Source of the DNA: Octopus sinensis
Taxonomy: Eukaryota
Assembly (NCBI RefSeq): GCF_006345805.1
Contig: NC_043006.1
Location: 71,300,001 to 71,364,000, forward strand
Direction: 5' to 3'
Length of the DNA stretch: 64,000 bases
The notes under the pieces were generated by a model. It was given only the letters and a program-made list of their open reading frames with translations, had not been told where the DNA came from and did no database searches. The position numbers and the translations under genes were made by a program. Shown piece after piece: positions 24,360 to 38,366 of the stretch; position 1 is the stretch's first letter; each line of letters starts with the position of its first letter.

Positions 24360-24716
24360 TATAGATAGATAGATATATATAGATAGATAGATAGATAGAT
24401 AGATATATAGATAGATATAGATAGATAGATAGATAGATATATATTTATTTATATATGTGTGTGTGTATCTGTATGTGTGTCTGTCTTTCTCCCTCATCAC
24501 TGCTTTACAACTGCTGTTGGTTTATTTACATCCCCATAACTTACTGGTTTGGCAAAGAGAAACTGATAGAAGTACCAGGCTTATCAAAATAAAAAAAAAA
24601 CCTCTGGGGTCGATTCATTCGACAAAAAATTCTTCAAGGCAGTGTCTCATGATGTTGTTTTTTTTCACTCAATTGCATCTATCATTCTATCTTTCTGTAT
24701 GTGTGTGTGTATGTAT

Positions 24717-24770
<54 letters not shown>

Positions 24771-24780
24771 CACACATATA
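23400..24780. repeat. Direct tandem duplication, period 686 bp, containing a SINE with (TAGA)n
   Basis: Identical ORF pairs are offset by exactly 686 (23536/24222, 23771/24457, 23956/24642). Breakpoints lie in (TA)n tracts. Confidence 0.9.
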
Positions 24781-26535
24781 TATATATACATGTATGTATA
24801 TGTGCATATTCATATCTATTATATAAAAGTCAATGTCTTTATGTGTGTTCATAATGAAATTTGGGACACAAAATCCAAGCCTAGGGAGAGGGTAATGCTG
24901 TATGTTTCGTACAATTTCACGGACCAAAATTACTTATGATATTTGGAACTTAGATTCAATGCATAAGGGTGGGTATAATGCAGTATGTTTGGTTTAAATT
25001 TGAGGTGGCTTAAAGGGGGAAGAACACTCCATGGGAGCCTTAACACCCAAATTTTAGTCATTTTTTTATGATTGAAAACCACCTCAAAATTATTGAATGG
25101 ATCTTTATGAAATCTGGAAATTATATTCTATGCATAAGGACAGATGTAATGCAGTATATGTTTGAAAGTGAAGGGGCATAAATGTGGCTATAACCCCCAT
25201 GAAAATTCATATATTTTTGCTGTTGATGAAAATTTAACCATAGATATTAGACACTAATGAAGTAATATTTCTAAAATTTCAACTTCTTAGAAATCAATAA
25301 GACCCCTTAATGGGGGCTTAACACCCACAATTTAGTCATTTTTTCTAAGCCAAGATGAATACAGTTGTACTCTTGGAAGCTGTAGGGTCACCCAAGTATA
25401 AAAGATGAGCATTATTTGTAATTCAATGGTACAACAGTGTAAGACTTTGCTTTGAGAAATACTTAGATCGTGATTTCTGCAATGTGGTGCATAAATTGTC
25501 GAGTAAAGGAGAGGCATCTTTGACTCCACTGATTCAGTTGCAAAGTGTTGAGTAAAGTTATTTCATTGCAGACCTTCTTTAAGTCTTTTCATTATCACTG
25601 GGTCAGAGATAGTCACCAGATGGTAACATTGATTTCAAGGCCTTCCCAGATAAGTGACTGGTTATTCAAAAGCATTTATAGACTGCAAATTTATTCTGTC
25701 CTATCGGCATAGTGATCATTGGCAAACTCCAGAAGTGACACTTTCATTTCCTCTTAGCCCTCATATCACACAGTTGTTAATGTTTATTTGAGTTGGGTTA
25801 TGCCCTTCCAATTGCTATAGATCCGTAATGCATCTTATGGCTGTGCCTGTCACCTGTATGGTGAGGAATCCTACATTGGGGAGTGGTAATGACTCAGGTA
25901 GGGTAGCTGATTGCTTATTGTGATCATTTATCTTTTGGTTTCCTGTGGCTTTGCTCTCTTTTACAAACTCAGTGAACATATATATTTTTCCAATTTCAAA
26001 GAAATCTGAACAATAGATATAAGACCCAAGTTAAAAAGATTCCCAACAATTCAACTTCTCTGGTTGACTTTAAGACACCCTTCCAGTAGGGGCCTTAACT
26101 CCCACATTTTAGAGCTCCATGAGCTCCATTTTTCAGGATCAAAAACTTTTGAATAGGTTCCTTAAGATTTGGATTTTGGAATCTGGGCATAAAGATGAGT
26201 AGTATGGAATAAATGTGTCGTGATTAGATTTTTTGTAAGGGTGAGTAAAGAGGGAAAGAACCCTCATTAAAATTATTCATCCGCAATTTTCATGAAATTC
26301 GAATCCTGATGGTGGGTGGGGGTGTAGTTGTGTGTATATGTGAGTGTGTGTTTGTGTGCCCTGGGAGCTATGTATGTGAATTTGTGTGTGTGTGCATATG
26401 GGATCTGAGTATTATGGTATTCTATTAAAGCTACTCATGTGTATCATCATCATTATTGTACAGCCATTTTATCATGGTACATACATACATGCATATAGAT
26501 ATATGTGTGGAAGAGAAACTGGTCATCTATATATA

Positions 26536-26568
<33 letters not shown>

Positions 26569-26882
26569 GTGTGGCACGTCAAAAACACCCACTACACTCA
26601 CGGAGTGGTTGGTGTTAGGAAGGGCATCCAGCTGTAGAAACACTGCCAGATCAGATTGGAGCCTGATGCAGCCTTCTGGCTTCACAGACCCCAGTTGAAC
26701 CGTCCAACCCATGCTAGCATGGAAAGCAGACACTAAACGATGATGATGATGATAGGTATTCCAGTTCATTAGAGAGAATATAAAAGAAAAGTCTAATTCT
26801 TCAATTCCATTTGACACGGGCAATGCCGGATATCTTTGCTAGTAACAATATAATTGAAACAAATGGCAGTAACCCCATGGAA

Positions 26883-27440
26883 TGTAACCACAATTTTTAA
26901 GAACCAGCAGTCCAACATGCTAACTTGAACTGTAAACTTTGAACTATCAGCACACAAACTGTGGAACTAGCACAAACTACCTCATTTATTCAAACTACAA
27001 CTATTTATATGCAGTGGTCCAATCTATTCTCACTAGGGGGCATCATACTCTCACACATCTCCCTTTTTGAGATTTCATGTTCCAAAGGAAGAAATTTTTT
27101 ATTTATTTATTTTTTTAGTATCTCTTTCACTTGGGCAGTATCTCAAGGTGTTCAATATGCTTTCATTCTCTCATTCTGGTTCTACAGGATCTATTACTTT
27201 TGGTACCAGTACATCCAATATTTCACAGAATACTTCCATGGTAATTTCTTCCTGATCTTGGGTATGCCTCTTCCTTAGTTGGTTTATGTGTCTCATATGT
27301 TCATCATGTCACCCTTTAATTAGATACATCGTACTTCCAATTTTTCTGGTAACAAGTCTATCTTCCCAGCCTTCTTTACCATTTCTATAGGTTTTGAAAT
27401 GCACTTTATCACCTTTCTTGACTTATTTCATTGGCTCTTT
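26883..27440 (-). mobile_element. Gypsy-type LTR retrotransposon 3' remnant: pol C-terminus, PPT and LTR of about 175 bp
   Basis: The minus strand reads VKKGDKVHFKTYRNGKEGWED...IGSTMYLIKG*...RHINQLRKR. PPT AAAAAGGGAGA (27068-27058) is followed by TGT...TATAAATA...AATAAA...GGTTACA (27057-26883). Confidence 0.7.
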
Positions 27441-28580
27441 CCTATTTCCTTTACATCCTTTTTTCTCTGGTAATAACTCATAATAATTGGGCCTGATATT
27501 GCTGGTTTAAATGCTAAAGGATTGAATATTGTCAAGTATCTTGAAACCAATATTCTATATAAAGTATTTTAGTTTGTTGCTTGATGTTGCTTTGAAAAAA
27601 TACCTGTAATCTTTCCCAATGTTGTATAATGTAAGTAATGGGTGAAAAATCTGCATTCATTTGATGCAAAAGAACGTTGCAATGGAGTATGACCGTTATC
27701 TATTTTGATCCTGTTTTCAAACTACCACCATCCTCACCATCACTCTCCTCTTTTATGATTTTCACTTCTGGTGTCTTTTATTCCACTTGGCCAGAGAGTG
27801 AGAAAGAAGGATAAAACAATTAAAAACTGAAGGAGAAAAAAAAACAGTTTGATGTCACAAAAACATACCACTGCTATCATTACCATTGTTCTTTTTTCTC
27901 TGCATATCTTCATATATATCTTTCATTCTCTATTTTTCTCACTCTTCCGCCATTAGAGAAAAACAGAGAGAAATTGACACAGCTATTCCCTGACGACTTT
28001 TTATCTTTCCATGTTATGTCTCCTTTCTTGACAAGAGGGTTGGGTGTGTTTGAGGGAGATTTGGTAGCTATTCCTCAAAATAACTGTTATGCAAAATTTC
28101 TCAAGTTGGCAGATAATTTTGTATATGGTTTTGTGAACATTCATTTTGCAGCTTCTAAATGCAAGGGAGGCTTATACACATAATTTACGCACACACGCCA
28201 GTTTAGTGTTATTCTGTTATTCAAAGCAGCAAGAGAACGACTTGACCAACATGAAAATAATGCACGCACACACAAATACATACAGATGATGTAGATACAT
28301 ACATACATGCAGACATATATGTACTTGTATGTAAAAACTTGATAAAGTCAGTTAATTGCCAAACATATGCAACATTCACAAAATTAGAATTGAGGAAAGA
28401 GGCCCTTGAAACCACTTAAAGCAAAAATAATATTGAGTTTTCTTGATAAAACTCAAGACCAAATTCTACAACGGTTGGGGTGCAGTCATCGAAACTGGGT
28501 ACATATAAGAAAACACAACTGCTATGTGGTCACTCAGCCTGCTAGAAATAGCAACCAAATCTCTCACAAACCACATTCTA

Positions 28581-29012
28581 CAAGGGTGTGCTGAAAAGTT
28601 CCTGGCTTTGGGTAAAAGAAGATACAGGAGGATCAGTTAATTATGATTTTTATCCAACGTAAAAAGCACCATCCGATCGTGGCCGTTTGCCAGCCTTGTC
28701 TGGCACGTAAAAAGCACCCACTACACTCACGGAGTGGTTGGCGTTAGGAAGGGCATCCAGCCGTAGAAACATTGCCAGATCAGACTGGGCCTGGTGCAGC
28801 CTTCTGGCTTCCCAGACCCCAGTTGAACCGTCCAGCCCATGCTAGCATGGAAAGCGAACGCTAAACGATGATGATAATCCCTTCTTAGACTTACACACTT
28901 ATTGTAGTGGTCCTCAGTTTTTCTAAGCCCTGTAGAAGAACTCGGAAGGTTGGGCCTCCAACTAGGCCTTTCGCAATGCCCTTAAAACCAGGAATTTTTC
29001 AGCACCCCATCA
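28581..29012. mobile_element. Mariner-type MITE (TA TSD) interrupted by an RTE-tail insertion (about 28660-28875)
   Basis: TA|CAAGGGTGTGCTGAAAAGTTCCTGG at the left end and CCAGGAATTTTTCAGCACCCCATCA|TA at the right end. Confidence 0.75.
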
Positions 29013-29247
29013 TATGATCTTGAAAGAAGGAAGGACGTATTGATCAAACATTGTTCCTGCAATAATGTTTCGAATCAGTCCAAAAATGTTTCTATGCTCA
29101 TTCATTTTACTGATGAAGTTTTTCAGTGGGATTTTCAAAGCATTTTCATTTTCAGAACTCCATGGGGTTGGAGGATAAACAGCACTATTGAAAGAATCAC
29201 TATGTAACTTTGTTTTAATTATATTTTTTTTGTCTTTTTCTACACAG

Positions 29248-29642
29248 GTTCCCAAGATGTTGCCCAGAGTCTGGAAACACTTAATAAACATAATGTGACA
29301 CACATCTTGAATGTCGCAACTGGAGTTGAAAACCTCTATCCAGAGCAATTCACATACAAATCTATCAAGCTCTATGACCTGCCAGACAGCAAAATCGTTG
29401 ACACCTTTGATGAAGCTTTTGCCTTTATAGAAGAGGGACGTAGCTCTGGTTGTGTACTGGTGCACTGCAACGCAGGCATATCTCGTGCTGCTTCTATTGT
29501 TATTGGTTACCTGATGAAGACTGAGGGCATGAGTTTCTCTGACAGTTTCTGGTATGTGAAAGGAAAACGACCGGTTGTTCACCCAAACTGTGGTTTTGTT
29601 GACCAACTACGTGACTATGAAATATTCTTAAGGCAAACCTAA
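29248..29642 (+). CDS. DUSP19: DUSP19-like, last coding exon with catalytic domain (GSQDVAQ...YDLPDS...VHCNAGISRAASIVIGYL...PNCGFVDQL...RQT*)
   Basis: Pyrimidine tract and ACACAG acceptor end at 29247. The phase-1 join with the previous exon gives LG|SQD in frame. The HCxxGxxR signature (HCNAGISR) and the general-acid Asp loop are intact. Stop TAA ends at 29642, giving 207 aa in total. Confidence 0.95.
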
Positions 29643-32623
29643 ACCTTGGTTTCAAAATATCAACATTATCAACAACAAAATCCTCATTGCACATTTTACC
29701 TATTAAAACAAGGACTTAGAAGCTGCTATTTTCATGATACATCATAATCTTAGTTATCTTTCAGTCTGATCATCATTCCTAACTTCAAATCCGACCAGTA
29801 TCAGCTTTGACTTTCTCCCCTCCAGGAATCAAATACTATACTAGTAATATACAGGAGTCATTTGTAGAGTCATTTGACTCTACATACTTCCTTTTTATAT
29901 AAACAAGCTTTCTTTAGGCAGAAAACATAGAAAAGACTAACACTGTATACTAATACAGTCTTTTGTTAATAAGGCAGTGAGCTGGCAGAATTGTTAGTTT
30001 GCTGGGCAAAATGCTTAGTGGCATTTCATCCATCTTTACATTCTGAGTTCAAATTCTACTGAGGCTGCCTTTTCCTTTTATCCTTTTTTGTGGTCAATAA
30101 AATAGGTAGTAGTTGAGCATTGGGGTTGATGTAATTGATTAACCCCCTTCCCCAAGCTTGCTGGCTTTGTGTCAAAATTTGAAACTAGTATTGTCTGTTG
30201 ATAACTATTTTGAGTCCTGGCTGCCACTCCACTCCAGTTCATGTATTTGTGGATGTCCTTACTTGACATGACTCTTTTTGCTGGGGTAAGATGGGTAGGA
30301 CTGAACTCTATAGGTGGAGGTGGGGAGATAATTTAGTTGGGACATAAAACAATTTAGTTTAAAATCTAAAAATAAATTTAATTCCTGATATAAAATTATG
30401 TAAAAACTGTATCTGGAGTTATTCTTAGATCTTATTAATCAAATAATTAGATAATGGCAGCAAGCTGACAGAATCGTTAACAATTGTTAGCTTTTCTTTC
30501 TCTCTATGTTCTGAGTTCAAATTTCACTGTGGTCAGCTTTGCCTTTCATTCTTTCTGGGTCAATATAATTGACTAGCTCTCTCTCCTAAATTCCAAAGGC
30601 CTTGTGCCTATAGTACAAAGAATTAATCAGATATTTTCACATCTTATCTATATTTAATTGGTAGAAAACCCTTTCTCTTAGACATTGTGTTAGAGGTTGT
30701 TGTTGTTGTTGTTGTTGTTGTTGCTTTAGCCATGGATCAACTCTGATGTAGCAGAATTTGCCAGTGATCTATAAAAAAAATATATTCCAGCCACAATCTA
30801 TTCTTTTAGGCTTATATCTAAGATTTTTTAAGATGGTAGGGTGTGATTTGAGGCAGAGTTAGCTTCTATTTCTTGCAGCTTGAGCAACCACGTAGAATCT
30901 TTTCTGAATGAATTGCCTAATTTGCAGTTGAAGTGTGAAGTGTTTGTTGGGTTGCATTCTTCAGCTTTAACCTTTAACCTCCTTAATACGAACCCACCCA
31001 AAACTGCTCTTTGTTCTATGATAAAATTCCTTGTTTTGAAGTGATCGAAACATAAACCAACATCAAAATTCCATGTTAATTCATATTCCAAACACCTGTT
31101 TAATTAGCATCAAAGCTGTTTTACTAGATTCTTCTATATTTTCAAAATAAATTAATTGAAACAAAGGCAATGTTTCCCAACAGAAATATGCTAATGAAAG
31201 GGTTAGCTATATCTGACCCAAATAATCTACCTGCTTTGTGTTCAAACCAGACAGATCTGGCCTCTCACACCTACCCTACAATGCCATTTTAAAAATAAAC
31301 AATCACATCATCTCTAAACTACGAGATAATATATGATCAATTCAAAACAATGTGAATAACTAAGCATTACATTTGACAGAATTACCTGAATGCTAAATGA
31401 TTAAGGGATAGGAATAATGGAGGAACTACAAATGTTGAAATCCCCAACTCTGGGATGCCAACTGCCTAATGGTATAGTATGTATAGGTGTCTGGACACCA
31501 CTTAATACTTTGGAGCAGGTCAGCTTGAGGGTGTTCATCCCTCAACAGACTACAGTCCAACAATAGCTTAGCTGACCAAAACTTCAAAGTTACTATCAAT
31601 AATGTTCTTGTTTAAGAATAATAAATAAATAAATATATGTGTGTGTGCAGGCATGGTTGTGTGGTAAGAATCTTGCTTTCCGACAACATGGTTCTGGGTT
31701 CAGTCCCAATGTGTAGCACCTTGAGCATGTGTCTTCTACTATAGCCTCAGGCAGATCAAAGCCTTGTGAGTGGATTTGGTAGATGGAAACTGAAAGAAGC
31801 CCATCATATATATATATGTGTGTCTTTGGGTCTGTGTTTGTACCCCAACTATTACTTGGACTAGACAACCAGTGTTGGTGTGTTTATGTCCCCTGTAACT
31901 TAGTGATCCATCAAAAGAGAATTATAAGTACTAGGCTTAAAAGGAATAAGCCCTAGGGTCGATTTCTTCAACTAAAACTCTTTAAGATGGTGCACCAGTA
32001 TGGCCACAGTCAAATGACTGAAACAAGTAGAAGAATTGAAGAACATACACACACAGATTGATAGGTAGAATAGCACAAATGAAATGAGGGGAATAAGAGA
32101 TGGACAGTTGGACAATGTGAGAGATTACAATCGGGAGACAAAAATTCAAAAGGCAGTGGACAAAGTATAAGCACACAGAAATTAACATAAAATATTGTGC
32201 ACAATGAATAATCCACTGGAAATAGAAAAAGTAGATTAACATTTCAACAGGTGAATCCATAATCAAAGAAAGAAACAAGAAAAGAAACAATATCTGTTTG
32301 AAGCACATGTGTACCTTTTGACATGATGTGTGTGTGTGTATATGAATGTATGTATATCATTTAAGGAATACAAGAGATATATGTGAACTACTTCAAGTTT
32401 CATGTTCAGATAGTGTTTACCATACAATCCCTCAATTGACAATGCAATGGGTACCCCTTGTGTATAATATATATATATATATATATACACATATAGCTGT
32501 AGAAACTCTGCCAGATCAAGATTGGAGCCTGGTGCAGCCATCTGGTTCACCAGCCCTCAGTCAAATCGTCCAACCCATGCTAGCATGGAAAGTGGACGTT
32601 AAATGAACGAATGATATATATAC

Positions 32624-32800
32624 TTTATTTAAAAGCAGCAGAAATATAACAAAAGCTGTTCACGTTCCCGTTCATCTGTTACTCTGAGTAACAGCTTTTG
32701 TTATATTTCTGCTGCTTTTAAATAAAGCATATTACTCTACCTCTGGTATTTGAGTACTCTTTTTTTCCACCTTGTTTCACATTTATGTGCTTACTCCAGT
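32624..32800. repeat. Foldback remnant: perfect 37-bp inverted repeat with a nested hairpin, probably a PLE terminal repeat
   Basis: Arms at 32624-32660 and 32690-32726. The spacer carries GATGAACGGGAACGTG on the minus strand (hammerhead core and helix II fragment) and TGTTACT-ctg-AGTAACA. (TA)n on both sides. Confidence 0.65.
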
Positions 32801-34719
32801 ATATATATGTATATATAACCAGCCCATTTAAGAGTAACCTCTTCAATCATTGGACAATAAACTATGCTTGCGAAAACCTGTTGATGTAAGTGAAATCGTT
32901 GTCGTGACCAATGTCAGTACCACCTGATTGGCACTCATGCCAGTGGAATGTTAAAAGCACCATTTGAGCGTGATCGTTGTCAGGGCCACTGACTGGCTCC
33001 TGTGCCAGTGGCACATAAAAAAGCACCATTCGAGCATGGTTGTTGCCAGTACCACTGGACTGGCTCCTGTGCAGGTGGCACATAAAAACACCATTTGAGC
33101 ATGGCCGATGCCAGTACCGCCCGACTGGCCCTCATGCCTGTGGCATGTAAAAGCACCCACTACACTCTCGGAATGGTTGGCATTAGGAAGGGCATCCAGC
33201 TGTAGAAACTTTGCCAGATCAAACTGGCGACTGGTGCAGCCTTCTGGTTCGCCAGCCCTCAGTCAAACTGTCCAATTCATGCCAGCATGGAAAATGGACG
33301 TTAAACGATGATGATGATGAATATATATATATGTGTGTGTGTCTGTTTTCTTTTGTCATATTTAAAGTGGAACTAATCACCCTAACACTTAAAATTTCAT
33401 GAAGAGCTAACAAGACATTTATTGATGTTTTGTTTTTAATTATATAGTTGGAAGAAGAAGATGAAAGGATAGTTTTGCCCATCACCTTTACAATTCCTGG
33501 GTACAAAGGTGTGAGAGTTTATGTGGTTGCCAATCTGCTGGAAAAAGCAGCTGAATTTTCTTTCAGCCTAAAAGGGGAGAAGAACACACATCAGATAATG
33601 TAGTCAACATCAAAACTAAGACAGGATGGTCATGGCTTGAATACTTTGGTGCTAAACAACAGCAGCAACAACAATCCTTCCGAGACTGATGTGGTTGATG
33701 TTTAGTTTGAATTTTTATAAGTTGTCTGTAGAAAAGATGTGAGAAGGGAAGGAGCTCCATGGTGGTTGGGGTGGAGTGGGTTGATACAATTTTGTAGAAG
33801 AAGGGTTGGACGTTGCATTTAGTGCAGAGCTTGTCAGAATAAGATAGTAGGAATATGGCAGGAAAAAAAGTAGGTGTGTAAAGTAGAGTTTCTAGGACAG
33901 GGGCTAGTACATAGCTTGTTACTTTAAATCAGTGGTTTTCAACCATCTTTTGTCTATGGGCCCCCTTTGATTCCCATTTTGCTCTACTGGACCTCCATAG
34001 TGATTCATCATCATCATCACAACACGGGGTCCTAAAAAATCCTACTGTATTTTTATAATTAAAAATCATTTGGAATTGTATTTAAGAAAAGATTGCTTGT
34101 CAACTAAAAAATATTTGTATAGTCTCTTGGTTGTGGATACTATCAGTGTACAGAAGAATAAAGAGAAGTACTGTCTGGTATCATGGTAAAAAAATAGGAG
34201 ACATAACTGAACCTTGATGTACACCAGAGCTGACAGAATGGGGGCTGGAGAAAGCTCTGCCAACACAAGTTATAGTAAATAGTTTTGCTAAAAACTTGCT
34301 CATAGAGATTAGTTAGATGAAGCTTATATTAGTCAGCAACCTTGCTAGGATGTTCCTTTGTGAGACATGGTCAAAAGTTTGCACCAAAATTCTCAGTGGC
34401 AAAAGACTATAGAAAATCTGATTCTTTGGTAAATTTGATTCTATAGGAACTATTAGACTTATCTCTGGCCTTTAAATACTGGGTTCAGTTGTCACCTTTT
34501 AGCTGTCTCAGATAACCCATGTCATCTCTAGTTACCTCAAATGGATAGCTATTATCAAACACCATCCAAATTTTAATGAGATAACTGGTTGTATTAACCT
34601 TTAATAAGAATGAGGGTTTTTTTGTTTTGTTTTTTACTATAGCTTAGTTAAAAAAGGGTAGTGACCATTGCCCTTATGGAGTTTCCATGGTTTGGGGAGG
34701 GATTGCAAAGATATGTTAT

Positions 34720-35058
34720 CGTCAGTTCTACTAACATTTGTAGCTCATGTCTAAGTTTGTTTTGTTTGTTCCTTCTCGAGCCACGCTTGACTCATAAGGG
34801 CCAGTTTCCTTGGCATATAAGGTTCCTCAGCTGGACGGGATGCCAGTCCGTCACAGGTGAGCTGCAAGATGCAGGAGGAAAGAGTGAGAGAAAGTTGTGG
34901 TGAAAGAGTCAGCAGAAGTTTGCCATTACCATCTGTCGGACCCATGTGGAGCTTAGGTGTTTCACTCCTAAACACACACATCGCCCAGTCTGAGATTCAA
35001 GCCCGTGATCCCTCAACCGCGAGCCCGCTGCTCTAACCACTAGGCCATGTGCCTCCAC
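34720..35058 (-). mobile_element. tRNA-derived SINE of a further family
   Basis: The minus head GTGGAGGCACATGGCCTAGTGGTTAGAGC has an A box and a degenerate B box GGCTTGAATCT. A related head lies at about 52745-52868 (-). Confidence 0.7.
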
Positions 35059-37639
35059 CATGTCTAAGTTACCCCCATCAAAAAGGTTCCTATGAACAGC
35101 ATTTTCAATATACAACAATTCCAAATGAAATTCTCTCTACTAATCTTTCCCAAAATACTCTCTTCATTGCCAAGTTCTCTCCAAAACTTTCAAATCTCAA
35201 GTCATTCTGCCATGTAACTGAAAATGCGACATTAGGCTTTTACTGGGGGGCAACCACAATAATAAAGCACTGACAGCAGGGTTTACTTGTGTTTTCTATA
35301 TTTCTGTTTAAAATATATCCTGGTGGGGCCCAAAATGTGGATTTTGAAGATTAAACTATCTAAAACTAGCATAAATGGTTCAAGAATATCCTTCTGTTCC
35401 TTCTTGTACTCATAGCTTCCAGCTTAATTCACATGCCTATTACTTCAACAAAGCTAACTTCAGATATTTTTGCTCCAGGTGTTTGGTATATGTAATGCAG
35501 ATTTGGTGGTTTTCATCATGTCAGCTTGGATTTCTATACTTTAATTATATAAAATAAAACTGGCTTTATTTTCTACTGTATTTTGCCTTCTTTTTCTTTT
35601 TAATTCATTGGAATAGTTTGTAATATGTCATATCTGCTGAATAATTTGATTTCAGGATTTTGAGGCTTTTTTTTTATTTGTGATATGCTTTGTGCCACAG
35701 TTGCAAGTGTGGCTGTGTGGTAAGAAGTGACGAGCTGGCAGAAATGTTAGCACGCTGGGTAAAATACTTAGCAGTATTTCTTCTGCTGCTACATTCTGAG
35801 TTCAAATTCCGCTGAGGTTGACTTTGCCTTTCATCCTTTCGGGGTCGATTAAATAAGTACGCACTGGGATCGATCTAATCAGCTTAATCCGTTTGTCTGT
35901 CCTTGTTCGTCCCCTCTGTGTGTATGTAGTCCATTGTGGGCAGTAAAGAAATAAGAAGCTTGATTCCCAACCACATGGTTTCAAGTTCAATCCTCCTTGT
36001 GTAGCACCTTGGGCAAATGCCTTCTACTTTAGCATCAAGCCAACCAAAGCCTTTTGAGTGGATTTACAGGTGGTGGACAAACTGAAAGAAGCGTATGTCT
36101 GTCCCCCACCCCCACTTGACAACCGGTGTTGGTGTGTTTACATCCCCGTAACTTTGTAGTTCTGCAAAGGCTTTAAAAAATGAGGACTGGGGTCAATTCA
36201 TTCAACTAAAAATTCTTCCAGGTGATGCCCAAGTAAAAGATAACTGATAAATGAAATGAAAATTTGCTATTAGTCATGTGAGAAGGGGCTAGTACCCATG
36301 ACCTTTGCAGACCTTCCCAGATGTTCTTCATCATCATTTTAACATCCAATTTTCCATGTAGGCATGGGTTTAATGGAATTTGTTGAGGCAGATTTTCTAT
36401 GGCTAGATGCCATCACTTGTTTTCAAGCAAGCTAGTATTTCCCCACGATTAGTCATGTTGGTGATGATGGATCTCTGTCATTCAACAACGAGGATTCAGT
36501 CGTTTGATCTAATGAATTATCTACCCATTGAATTAACATGTATATAGGTATTTCACAGATGTGCACTCTTAACCTTTAACACACTTAGGTGCATCATGGT
36601 GTTTTCTCCCTTGTCGCTGTAGTCGCATTGAGACAGGAGAAAACTCGTATAGTGATATGATGCATGTAATTCTCTGGGGAAAATCAGTGTGACATCATAT
36701 AGGACAAGGTAAGACCTTTAAATTACATGTACAATTCATCTCAAAGGCTTCAATACAGTTTCCATCTATGTAGTATCACTCACAAAGTATGGATTGACCA
36801 TAAGCTATAGAAAATTATGCTCACCCAAGATACCAGGCAGTGGGATTGAACCTGGGACATCATTATTAATCTGACAGAATGGATCTGTGATGACATCATC
36901 ATCTTTTGACATTTTCACATTTACATGGATTAAATAGAATTTGTTGTGGCAGATTTTATCAGGTCAGACACCCTTCCTACAGCTAAGCCTCACCTATTTC
37001 CAACTTAGGTGATAATTCCACAAGATCGGTACTGTTTTTATGGAGGATTGGAAACAAAGGACATTGCTTGCGAAAAAAGTGACACCTGTTTACAACCATC
37101 ACTTGATCTCAAAGCAAGGAGACGACAATGCAGATACACAAAAACACATATACATACGTATAAGATGGGCTTCTTTTAGTTTCTGTCTACCAAATCTACT
37201 CACAAGGCTTTGGACACCTTGGAGTTATAGTTGAAGACATTGGCCCAAGATGCCATACAGAGGGACTGAACCAGAAATCATGTGGTTGGAGGCAAACTTC
37301 TCAACCACAAGCCATGTCTGCTTGAAATTCACCCTCCCATCATTTATCTCTTCACTAGGAAGTAATCTAAAAGCTATAAGTTTCTGAACACCGGCGAAGG
37401 ACAAGATTGCCTTTGTTTACTAGAATCATATCTGAAAAATTTAGAATCAGGGAAAAGTCATTGGAAAATTTCAGAAAAATTAATATTTAGTGGATTTTGA
37501 AGAGAACGTATTATCTAATTACTTTATGTATAGTTTTAAATGCGAGTGTTTCCTTGCAAAATTTTGACATTTTCTCTGAAATTCTGAGTTTTCCTCCTGA
37601 CATTTATCCCCCTCCCCTGACTAAATTTCCATTTACTTG

Positions 37640-38215
37640 AATGTACTTATTACTTTGGACCTCAACGCCTAATGGAATCGTGGAGCCCCGTCGTGACATA
37701 TGGCGTGTCTAGGACAGTTTTTTTTTTTTAAAACCTGGGGGAGCTCATGTCTCTTCACAATTAATTTCTCTCAGAAAGGGAAAAAAAGACCGACAGGACG
37801 AAACAAGAGCAGAATGGATTTATTTATTGACTTGGAAAGAATGAATGATAAAGTTGCCTCGGTAGGATTTGAACTTATAACGTAAACAAAGTAATCTATC
37901 CGACGCTATAACGATATCGAATTCGTTACTTTCACCACCAACACAATAGAGGGAAAATATCAACGACATTGTAATTCAAACAAATCTCGCAGAGTAACAG
38001 TAATTAACGAGATTCTCGTCTGTTGTACGAGATTTGTGTCAGTCGCTCTTAACTTCATTACAGACGAAAGAAGCTTTTTTTGATCAACGTACTTTTACAT
38101 TAACTGTCCTATATTTGTCTATCTAATACATTATTATACACGCACACACTGCTGTATATATTATACATCTATATTTATATATAACTTCACTGTTAGATCA
38201 TACACAAAGCAGCAG
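37640..38215 (+). promoter_or_regulatory. RBM45 promoter / 5' UTR region
   Basis: CpG-retaining sequence directly upstream of the RBM45 ATG, contrasting with CpG-depleted flanks. Confidence 0.5.
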
Positions 38216-38366
38216 ATGGCTAACCACCGCTACCCACCAAACAGCCGCCTCTTTATTATCGCCGGTAAAGGAATCTCTAAAGATGAATATCACAAATGTT
38301 TTAGTAAATTCGGTTCCATTCAGGATATTTGGATCGTTAAAGACCGGCAAACGAACGAGGAAAAAG
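38216..38366 (+). CDS. RBM45: RNA-binding protein 45, coding exon 1 (RRM1 start: MANHRYPPNSRLFIIAGK...FGSIQDIWIVKDRQTNEEK-G)
   Basis: 50 codons + 1 nt, then donor G|GTTCGT. PPNSRLF and FG.IQDIW.V.D are RBM45 RRM1 hallmarks. The exon lies in a CpG-retaining region. Confidence 0.92.

Noticed and set aside
25350-25900. Possible CR1-like RT remnant
   Set aside because: There is only a faint resemblance to the DF.KAFD.V.H motif, too decayed to support.
29010-29606. 198-aa minus-strand ORF
   Set aside because: It is the antisense shadow of the DUSP19 catalytic exon and has no recognisable motifs.
34980-35058. tRNA gene
   Set aside because: The B box is degenerate, there is no proper cloverleaf or acceptor stem, and the sequence continues into a SINE body. 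The same applies to the other tRNA-like heads.
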